Shown: one piece after another, positions 49,440 through 56,668 of the stretch
Layout of the letters: every line of letters begins with the position of its first letter
Numbering within the stretch: the first letter of the stretch is position 1
Origin: Hadesarchaea archaeon
GTDB lineage: Archaea > Hadarchaeota > Hadarchaeia > Hadarchaeales > Hadarchaeaceae
Assembly (NCBI GenBank): GCA_004375695.1
Contig: SOKQ01000014.1
Coordinates: forward strand, 2,067-66,066
Length of the DNA: 64,000 nucleotides
Reading direction: 5' to 3'
Made by a program: the position numbers and the translations under genes
The notes under the pieces: generated by a model
Database searches by the model: none
Told to the model about the DNA's origin: nothing
Seen by the model: only the letters and a program-made list of their open reading frames with translations

Positions 49440-50408
49440 ATGGAATGGTGGATTCCGTTAATCGCCGCAGTTACTTGGACGCTTCTCCTTTTGCGCGATG
49501 TCCAGAGAAGGCCCCTCACCGGCTGGGGTGATCTACTTACCGAGCTATTAGGCGCATGGGTGGGCTCATTCTCGCTCTACATCGGGGCCCATCTCATCAC
49601 GACGAAGGTGATCGCGCCGCTTATCAAGACATGGGTCGTGCCATCGCTCCAAGTAGTGCTGGGAGTTGAGTTGGGGTGGTTTGCTCTCTTTTTTACCATT
49701 TTTTCACTCCTATGGCGAAAACTTGGCAAGACTACAGAAGAGAAAATGGATGCCGAGTGCAGAGCGGTTGCAAAACTTTGGAAGAATGCGGAGGAATATA
49801 TAGGGAGGATGTGGGAGTGTCTGGAGGAACTAAAAAAGAAGACCAACCGTCAAAAAAATGAGCAGAGAACCGGACACCAAGAGATCCTACAGCTTTTTAG
49901 AGAACTTAATAATCGTTTACAGAACCTTGCGGATCAAATTGCTGAGCTACCAAAAAAAGCGTCGATCGTAGGGGAGAGGGTGAGGGTCGAGGGGTTGGAG
50001 TGTCAGGGGTGGTCCGCCCAGCTATTCAGGAACTTCGGGTTCGATGTGGAGAACAAGGAGGGGCTCGGGGAACCCGACCACATCCTTCGCTTAGGCGGGA
50101 GGATAAAGTGCGTCGTGGCCGCAAAGAATTGGCGAATAACTAACCAGAACTGGACGGTGAACGAGGAAAGGATACGCCCGGAGTTGAAGCTGGCGAGAAC
50201 GCGCAAAGTTCCTCTAGTTGTCCACGTCCGGAACAAGGAGAACAACAGGAACTTCTTCCACATCTTCCGCGCGGATGGGCTGACCGAGGAGTGCAAGGTG
50301 ACCACTCCAGATTGGCTCAGGAGGGGGGATCTCTCGGAGGGCGACAGGCAAAAGATGATGGAGAATTATAGGCGGTTCCACCGCTTTGTGGATGAAATTA
50401 CTCGGTAG
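49440..50408 (+). CDS. Membrane-anchored coiled-coil protein with C-terminal Hjc/PD-(D/E)xK-like nuclease fold
   Basis: 3 predicted TM helices (MEWWIPLIAAVTWTLLLL..), heptad-like region (EELKKKTNRQKNEQ..LQNLADQIAEL). C-terminal GERVRVEGLECQGWSAQLFRNFGFDV..GEPDHILRLGGRIKCVVAAKNW resembles the Hjc E..PD..ExK layout, but with AAK. Confidence 0.5.
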   Translation: MEWWIPLIAAVTWTLLLLRDVQRRPLTGWGDLLTELLGAWVGSFSLYIGAHLITTKVIAPLIKTWVVPSLQVVLGVELGWFALFFTIFSLLWRKLGKTTEEKMDAECRAVAKLWKNAEEYIGRMWECLEELKKKTNRQKNEQRTGHQEILQLFRELNNRLQNLADQIAELPKKASIVGERVRVEGLECQGWSAQLFRNFGFDVENKEGLGEPDHILRLGGRIKCVVAAKNWRITNQNWTVNEERIRPELKLARTRKVPLVVHVRNKENNRNFFHIFRADGLTEECKVTTPDWLRRGDLSEGDRQKMMENYRRFHRFVDEITR

Positions 50409-50940
50409 TGCGATTTTCATTACCCGCTACCCTAATAAACTCGTCTTTTGCCCATTTTCATTACTCAGTAAGACGGAACCAGAGGGCTTCTTTTCCAAAA
50501 TAGAAGGGCATATCTTGCTATTCAGTAGTTCGGACAGCATTACTGAACGTGCTACCGATTATTTTTCGGCCCCATCACCCTATATAGTAGATCTCTATGT
50601 ATGTCAATTTTCCACTGTATTTTCATGGCTCGTTTTTTGCCCGCTCGCATACGCCTCGGAATTTTTCCAATTTTCATTTGAAGAAAAATTCCTCGGCTTT
50701 GCTCGTTCGCGGTAGACTTGTTTCTCGCTCATAGTCTATCACGACTGCTCTTGCTCGTTGGACATTCGTCAGAGACAGAGACGCTGACGCTGGCGGTTAC
50801 AACGACGGTTAACTTGTGAGTGTTTTCATTCTTTTTTGTTATCTGCGCGCGGCTTTCTTTACGCGCGCGTCCCCGCCTAGCTTTTTGGGCGAGGTTTAAC
50901 TTCAGGTGCAAGCGGCGGTGTCGACCGAAGCACTGGCGCC

Positions 50941-51334
50941 ACAACTCCCCTCCCCGTCTTTTTTCTGCTCTGAAGGGGAGGGACGGGAAGAGAAGAGGGA
51001 ACGGGTCATGTCCCGTCCGGCGAGAAGGGAACCGCCAAGCCCACGCCGCGCTTCGGGAACGCCACGCTTCGGGAACGGGAAGGGAAAAGGGACGGCCCCC
51101 ACGCTCGCCTCCCGTCCCTTCACCACCCGTCCAGCGGCGAGGGGTCCGGGACGGGAAGGGACGAGGGAACGGGCAGTTTCTCGGGCGAGGTGCTCACCGT
51201 CTCCCCTCGCTTCCCCGCAGTTGTTTTTTCGCGCGTTTTTTTCGGGAGACAAAAGGGACGTGTCGGGAGACGGGAGGAGGGAGAGCGAAGGGAAGAGGGA
51301 CCGGGGAACCTCTAAGCAGCATTGGTCATTCGTC
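50941..51334 (+). repeat. G-rich/C-rich block repeat region A
   Basis: Alternating C-rich (ctcccctccccgtc, cctcccgtcccttcaccacccgtcc) and GGGA-rich blocks. Shares a 70-nt unit (51233-51302, 67/70 identical to 61144-61213) and an exact 20-mer (51314-51333 = 61094-61113) with region B. Confidence 0.8.
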
Positions 51335-51437
51335 GGGACTCAGGCTGGCGGACCTCAAGGAAGAGGATGAGGGTTAAATTTAGTAAGTTTACCTAGCAGT
51401 TCTAAACAGGCTGTTGTAAAAATGTGGAGAGGCAAAA

Positions 51438-51809
51438 ATGGCTTCGAGCAAAGAAGTTGAAAGGAAAGCGATTAAACTGGTAATGAAAAAGTTGCACATT
51501 GTGGATATTCCGCCTTACAAACAGGCCCCAGCCGACATACATGAAAAGGAAAATCAGAAGAAAAGAGCTGAAGCTTTGAAAACTGAAGCAGAAAAGCTAT
51601 TCGAAAATCAGATGAGGGGAAAAGTACACCTAAAAGTTGAATATCACAGGCATAAAGGGAGGTCTGACGCAGCCAACATAATCGGCGGTATAGCTGATGC
51701 TTTGAACAAAATAGCGTATGTTGATGATAAGCAAATAGTAGAAATCCATTACCATGAAGCATTAGGGAAAGTTGACGAGTACTGGGTAGAGATAGAGGAA
51801 GTAATATAG
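51438..51809 (+). CDS. RusA-like Holliday junction resolvase
   Basis: GRSDAANIIGGIADALNKIAYVDDKQIV matches the RusA pattern D-x-D/A-N-x6-DAL-x6-DD-x-Q-V; 123 aa. Confidence 0.55.
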   Translation: MASSKEVERKAIKLVMKKLHIVDIPPYKQAPADIHEKENQKKRAEALKTEAEKLFENQMRGKVHLKVEYHRHKGRSDAANIIGGIADALNKIAYVDDKQIVEIHYHEALGKVDEYWVEIEEVI

Positions 51810-51844
51810 GACTATGTTTCTGATCGATAAAAGAGGATAATAGA

Positions 51845-51994
51845 ATGGAGCATGGAAAATACACAAAGAAGCTGGGTGAAAACCTTATTGGAGTCTTGAA
51901 GGAAAGTCTTGGGGTTAAAGTTTTTCACGATCACGGGGGAAAAGATGCCCTCACCAAACTCGTGCGCCGCGCGTTCGATCCAAAGCAGGCCTGA
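51845..51994 (+). CDS. Small hypothetical protein (49 aa)
   Basis: ATG..TGA ORF (MEHGKYTKKLGENLIGVLKESLGVKVFHDHGGKDALTKLVRRAFDPKQA) on the same strand as its neighbours; competes with antisense ORF 51812..52132. Confidence 0.2.
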   Translation: MEHGKYTKKLGENLIGVLKESLGVKVFHDHGGKDALTKLVRRAFDPKQA

Positions 51995-52029
51995 ATATTT
52001 GGAATCCCATATTATTTCGGGGATAGAAA

Positions 52030-52314
52030 ATGGTGATTTGTAAATTCGTTGTGGGTGAGAAAGAAAAGCATGAGGTCGAGGTGGACACGGGCCGAAGTTG
52101 GTTTTTTCAAACACGCCCTTTCGCCATAACAATAGACGGGAAAGCTGTGGTTAAAAAACTCAAGTGGGTCAAGTTGACTGATAAATATCGTGCCACAATC
52201 GGAAACAAGGAAAAACACGAACTCGAAATAACAGTTAGATATCCTTCATTGGCATGGCGCGGCCCGGTTGTAGAAGCGTTTGTTGATGGGAAACTGCATT
52301 TTAAGAATGTTTAG
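52030..52314 (+). CDS. Hypothetical protein (94 aa, beta-rich appearance)
   Basis: ORF with internal repeat-like GEKEKHEVEVD / GNKEKHELEIT. Confidence 0.4.
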   Translation: MVICKFVVGEKEKHEVEVDTGRSWFFQTRPFAITIDGKAVVKKLKWVKLTDKYRATIGNKEKHELEITVRYPSLAWRGPVVEAFVDGKLHFKNV

Positions 52315-52375
52315 TTTACTCACCCGCCCAAGTTTTGTGCTGCAAAACTGGCTCCAGGGGCTCGCCCGGGGCATC

Positions 52376-52467
52376 GCCGTTTCCCCCCGAGCCGTTTCGC
52401 GCGCTATGGGACGGGACGGGTGGAGTGAATGAAGGGAAGAGGGAAAAGGGAAATTCATCATTTGGCA
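52376..52467 (+). repeat. G-rich repeat region C (R1 unit)
   Basis: gccgtttcc..ccgtttcgcgcgctatgggacgggacgggtggagtgaatgaagggaagagggaaaagggaaattcatcatttggca aligns with 60795-60884 with few differences. Confidence 0.8.
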
Positions 52468-52649
52468 AGCAACCTAATCCATAGACCCTCAAGAAGTTTC
52501 AAGTTTAAGCTGGCGTCAATTTGTTCATTTAAGATTTTTTTGTAAGCTTCAATATGTTTATTTTTGTAAGGTAGGACAGGCGGCAACCTTTGTAGCCTAC
52601 TTTGCAGTTCACTAACATGTTCTAAGGTTGCTTTGTTTTTATTTAAACT
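52458..52649 (-). pseudogene. Start-less 63-codon ORF in frame with and downstream of the HEPN gene
   Basis: SLNKNKATLEHVSELQSRLQRLPPVLPYKNKHIEAYKKILNEQIDASLNLKLLEGLWIRLLAK; no ATG/GTG/TTG near its 5' end; a related remnant lies at 60875-60955. Confidence 0.3.
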
Positions 52650-52673
52650 TTAAGCGCCCTACCCCACGTACAG

Positions 52674-53519
52674 TTACTTGCCAGTAAAAATACGATCCAA
52701 TTCGGCGATTTTCGGCTTTAGCCTTGGCTGCTCCCGAGGATAATAGTACCCGCTGTCTGTAAGGCCAAAATATTTCCTTTGAATCAAGTCGTGCAACTCG
52801 TGCAACAATTCATTATGAGAGCAACTATATGAAATATACTCCTCGTGCGTCAAAAGAACCGGTACTTTCTGTTCAGGATTTTTGCGAAATTTCAAATACT
52901 GTGGATGAAGTTTTATATTTCCATTAATTGGTATCGCTTGTTTTTCATAGGATTCGTGAAAGAGCCCGCGGTGATGCATGAAAAGATTTCGCAATCTTCT
53001 AGCCTCGTCGACATCAAGACATACCTCCGGCAATCTGTTTATCGCTTCCTTATAGCCCCCACTGTAGATGGATTCTTTATTAGGGATAACAAAATCAAAA
53101 GCCCTTTCCAAAAGAGTTTTGTATCCGCCGAGTTCTGGGTTTATACCTTTAAATATCGAATCATGTTCATTTTCGTTCAAATGTGCCGCAAATGATCGTA
53201 GCGCAACTTCGAATATGGCAACCAACACTATTAGAGAAGAACGTGTATGGTAGAATTGAAATTTTTCATCCATTTGTTTAACGAGAATTTTCGGAGAATA
53301 TGTTATAACCCAACCGCGGGTAAAAGGAAGAACTTTTTCAGGAAGTCTTGAGATTTTATCTTCAGGAGATGCACTTTGAACAGATGCATTAACATATTGA
53401 AAATAACCAAGAACATCTTTCATCAAATAATCAGCAAATTCAAACTCGTCAAGTATTTTAATATCCCGACCCAAATTGTCTCTTTCCGCCTTGTGTTCCT
53501 CGCTCTTTTCGCCAGTCAT
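52674..53519 (-). CDS. HEPN-domain protein (Abi-like predicted RNase)
   Basis: 281 aa; Rx4H motif in EARRLRNLFMHHRG; helical C-terminal half. Confidence 0.55.
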   Translation of the reverse strand: MTGEKSEEHKAERDNLGRDIKILDEFEFADYLMKDVLGYFQYVNASVQSASPEDKISRLPEKVLPFTRGWVITYSPKILVKQMDEKFQFYHTRSSLIVLVAIFEVALRSFAAHLNENEHDSIFKGINPELGGYKTLLERAFDFVIPNKESIYSGGYKEAINRLPEVCLDVDEARRLRNLFMHHRGLFHESYEKQAIPINGNIKLHPQYLKFRKNPEQKVPVLLTHEEYISYSCSHNELLHELHDLIQRKYFGLTDSGYYYPREQPRLKPKIAELDRIFTGK

Positions 53520-53647
53520 TCTCCCGCCACCACTACCCGGTCTTTATTCTCTTGCTTGTGTTTATGAAAGTATGTTCTAAACCGCGTCACAGACGTGAAT
53601 CAAGCGCCCGCGCCCGACTTTCTACTGCAGATTGGAAAGTAAATTGT

Positions 53648-53917
53648 CTATGCTGGCTTTAAATATGCCAAATACTTCTTTTCCCCATCGAGGAGCATAC
53701 ACTTGCCATCTGGAGTGGGCTCGCCACCGAGTTTCATGCAAGTTACGCGGTCCACCCTAGTCACCTCACGATCTCGCTCAGCAATACACGTGACGAAATC
53801 ACGTGCGACGTTGATGAACCCGTAGAACGGTCCGCCTGTGACCGTCCCCGCAACACCCGCGGGTGCTGCCCTCTTGGCGCACCTTACAGCCTTCTCGATT
53901 CTTTTTTTGTTTTCCAT
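53648..53917 (-). CDS. Hypothetical protein (89 aa)
   Basis: ORF only; GC-richer than its neighbours. Confidence 0.3.
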   Translation of the reverse strand: MENKKRIEKAVRCAKRAAPAGVAGTVTGGPFYGFINVARDFVTCIAERDREVTRVDRVTCMKLGGEPTPDGKCMLLDGEKKYLAYLKPA

Positions 53918-54138
53918 TTTTATCGCCGATTGAACCGGCTCATGTGCCTATTTAAGTTTTTAGTGCTGCACTAAATAGCACCAAATATCTTTATGCCCCA
54001 AATCACGACCTGCGCCCAAACTCCCTACCGCAGCGGGTTAGGTTGCCGGTCCGGGTGGTTTGGCTTTCTCGTTCTTTTGTATCCGACACCCTAATTTAAT
54101 TTGGTCATAAGCCTATTCATTTTTAGTGGTGTGGGAAA

Positions 54139-54861
54139 ATGGCAGAGGACCTAGTTACAATATTTCTGATAGGTATACTGGGTGTCGTCGTCGGTGGTAT
54201 AATCACTTTTGCGGTACAAAGAAACCTTCAAGAACGAGAGTGGAGAAAGAAGAGAGCAGAAGAAATTTACGCGCCTCTTTTAGATCAGTTAAGCGACATT
54301 GAAGCAAATCTTTATAAATTGACAAAGGACCCATCTTACCCTGAATGGAGCAGGATGAGAGAAAAACATTTAGTGCATTTTATTGAACCAAAACTTAAAG
54401 ACAGACTTTTGACCCTCTTCATAGAGTTACATAATTTCAATATTTACCTCAGAGTAGCGATAAATAGGATAAAAGAACCAATGAAAAAAGAGATTTTACA
54501 AAGATTAAAAGAAGAGCATAAGGATGAGGTTCAAAGAAGCACACCTTTCTTAGATGAAGCGTTTTTTTGGGACGGGTTTGCTAAACTCGTTCTTAAAAAA
54601 GAGGACAGTGGAGGATTTTTTGGGTTTATACATGATGCGCCTTTGCTGGAAAAAGAGTATGGTGAATTAGAAAAACATTTTGAAACGAGATATCCTTTCG
54701 ACGATTTTATAAAGGATTTTGCTTCAAAAATTAAGGATGATCCCTTTTTTAGGGATGGGGATTTTAAAAGGGAGTTACGGGATCTCGTTGCCAAAACTCA
54801 AGAATTGAAAGGCGAGGTAGAGAAAAAATTGGGAATTTTCAAAAAAGAGGAGTGGGACTAA
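54139..54861 (+). CDS. Hypothetical N-terminally membrane-anchored helical protein
   Basis: TM helix LVTIFLIGILGVVVGGIITFAV followed by a charged helical region; 240 aa; AT-rich. Confidence 0.45.
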   Translation: MAEDLVTIFLIGILGVVVGGIITFAVQRNLQEREWRKKRAEEIYAPLLDQLSDIEANLYKLTKDPSYPEWSRMREKHLVHFIEPKLKDRLLTLFIELHNFNIYLRVAINRIKEPMKKEILQRLKEEHKDEVQRSTPFLDEAFFWDGFAKLVLKKEDSGGFFGFIHDAPLLEKEYGELEKHFETRYPFDDFIKDFASKIKDDPFFRDGDFKRELRDLVAKTQELKGEVEKKLGIFKKEEWD

Positions 54862-54862
54862 T

Positions 54863-55369
54863 TTAACTGCTTAAAACAAGCGCCCAAGGTAATATTGGGT
54901 TCGGGATTGCTCTATTCTCAAAGAAAAAATGTGCATTAATCGGGTCACGGGGGTGTAATCTTTCCCTAATTTCGGCGTTCGGGCCTGGGTGATCGGGAAA
55001 CAGGACGATCCCGACCGATGACTCATCCGTCTCATGGGCACTCCACCCCACGCTGGTCGGCCGTTCCAAGCGCCACATACCACCGCGCTTTCGGGCGATC
55101 ACAGGCGCGGCACATTTCACCTCGACGAAAGTGGGAGGGGATCCGCGGCTTCCTAATAGCGCCACCCTACCCTAACCCCTAGCATAGCCCACTAGTGAAG
55201 TTTTGGGACTCCCAGTTTTTTCCTGCTCGTCGGAACCCACTTTAGACTTCGAACCCCACATACCCGGGGCGAGCAATTCACCGACGCGCGTTGGAATATG
55301 CGCAGAGGATAACAAGAAAACAAGCATATGTACTCTCAGCAAGGCAATCAAAAGTATATGCCACACCAA
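54863..55369 (-). pseudogene. Hypothetical ORF interrupted by one in-frame TAG
   Basis: ORFs 55172..55369 and 54863..55165 are in the same frame, separated by TAG at 55172-55174; the patch is GC-rich within AT-rich surroundings. Confidence 0.3.
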
Positions 55370-55654
55370 CCATCTCCAAAATCGAGAACCCTCATGGCCC
55401 GAGTTTTGGATGGTTCATGCCAAACGTGTAAGATTTTTTCAGTATGTTTAAGTGTCTTACCTAAACAAGAGATCGGGTTTCTGATTATATGTACGCATGG
55501 TCTCTTTAGAGGAAGAATATTTGCTCTTGGAACAAAATATAGCCAGTAGTTTTTGCTGAATCCCCCGGGAAATTGAACGTATAACCAAAATGTTTAAGGT
55601 AGACTTGAACAAATAAAAAATTGACTGGGGGCTAGAAATTAGAGGTCGAGAAGT

Positions 55655-56254
55655 ATGTGTAAATCTCTCCTGTCCAGTATCCATGATAAGTTCTACTCCT
55701 TGAAATTGCCTAGTGAACCATCTAAAAATCTTGTTGAGAATTTGAGCGATAAGCAAAAGCAACTCTTGAGTAAATCTATCATGCGACTTGCTTTTATCAA
55801 GAGCTTAAATGCAGATGAAAAACTTGTTGAGTATACCAATGCAATTCGCGTTTCACTGTTCACGCCGATATGTGAGAAATGGGAGCCATCAAAGAAAGAT
55901 ATTGAAAACAAAGTTAGGGATTTCTTTAGATTGGTTGATAAAAAAATAGTGCGAGAGCTGGACAGTTCTTTTAAAGTGTATAACGGTGAATCTAAAGATT
56001 TCGTTTGGGTACTTACCCACACTAGGCACAATACGATTCACCTAGACACCAACACTATACTCCCAGAAGCTGATGGAGCAGTTTCCTTAAAACATGGAGA
56101 AAAGCCCCCAACCATGATGACGGGGTTCAGAGTATACGTTAGGAAGGAGGATAGGAATTATTCTATCACCTTCCATAAATCGACAGATAAGGTTATTGAT
56201 TTGTTAATCAAATCTTTTGCTTCTTACCTAACCAATAAATTTTCTTCACACTAA
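55655..56254 (+). CDS. Hypothetical protein (199 aa)
   Basis: AT-rich ORF; no recognisable motif. Confidence 0.4.
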   Translation: MCKSLLSSIHDKFYSLKLPSEPSKNLVENLSDKQKQLLSKSIMRLAFIKSLNADEKLVEYTNAIRVSLFTPICEKWEPSKKDIENKVRDFFRLVDKKIVRELDSSFKVYNGESKDFVWVLTHTRHNTIHLDTNTILPEADGAVSLKHGEKPPTMMTGFRVYVRKEDRNYSITFHKSTDKVIDLLIKSFASYLTNKFSSH

Positions 56255-56341
56255 ACTACAAACCTCACTATTACCCGACTTTTTCACAATCTCAGCCCCC
56301 TAGGTGCGTTCAAGCCCGTTTCGGGGCCTGAAAACGAGTCA

Positions 56342-56668
56342 TCAGTCCACGCCGTATCTTTCCAAACGTTTTTTAATTTCGAGAACTTCACCTATTTGTG
56401 ATGCCTTATACCTATGCAAGTCTCCATTAAAAGCGGAGAGAATCCCCCCCGCCATACCTACTGTCGCAATGATTCGGAGTATATTATAGGCTGGATTTGC
56501 TATAATTGCTATAAAAGTCACGGCAAAAATTGAGAAGAACACCGCGGACCAAGATATTGAAACGTAACATCTGCTTTTCTCAATACGATATTCAGCCAAC
56601 AAAAACTGAATGTCCTCTTTACGCAACTTTTGTTTTGGTTTCCAACGGGTTCGTCGACATAACTTCAT
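56342..56668 (-). CDS. Small 2-TM membrane protein coupled to the voltage-sensor protein
   Basis: Basic N-terminus, TM1 VSISWSAVFFSIFAVTFIAIIA, TM2 ILRIIATVGMAGGILSAF; ATG overlaps the upstream stop (ATGA). Confidence 0.5.
   Translation of the reverse strand: MKLCRRTRWKPKQKLRKEDIQFLLAEYRIEKSRCYVSISWSAVFFSIFAVTFIAIIANPAYNILRIIATVGMAGGILSAFNGDLHRYKASQIGEVLEIKKRLERYGVD

Noticed and set aside
51108-51126. tcccgtccc..cacca in repeat region A resembles the tRNA-Leu 3' end (tcccgtcccccgcacca). That suggested an attR for the tRNA-Leu island.
   Set aside because: Only about 14 of 17 positions match, with a gap, in a C-rich low-complexity context where such matches are expected by chance.
50820-51377. 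Overlapping ORFs of 185, 154 and 116 aa across repeat region A, and the 181-aa ORF at 60690-61235 across region B.
   Set aside because: The translations are low-complexity Arg/Gly/Glu/Pro strings in several overlapping frames on both strands. That is a by-product of GGGA/TCCC-rich DNA, not coding sequence.
51812-52132. 106-aa minus-strand ORF between the RusA-like gene and the 94-aa gene.
   Set aside because: It overlaps two plus-strand ORFs that are co-oriented with their neighbours and has no features. The call is uncertain either way, so it is not annotated.
55172-55174. The in-frame TAG could be pyrrolysine recoding.
   Set aside because: There are no pyl genes or methylamine methyltransferase context in the window. 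The ORF is an unconserved fragment in an accessory island, so a pseudogene is the simpler reading.
55166-55183. ccctaccctaacccctag looks like a CCCTAA telomere-type repeat.
   Set aside because: It is a single short occurrence inside an ORF, with no tandem array.
56444-56464. TVGMAGG in the 2-TM partner protein resembles the K+ channel selectivity filter TVGYG. That raised the idea of a channel split into VSD and pore polypeptides.
   Set aside because: The motif sits inside the second predicted TM helix. No S6-like helix follows it (only ~7 hydrophobic residues, then a charged tail) and no pore-helix/turret spacing precedes it. It is probably coincidental. It is kept only as a hypothesis to test within the VSD finding.
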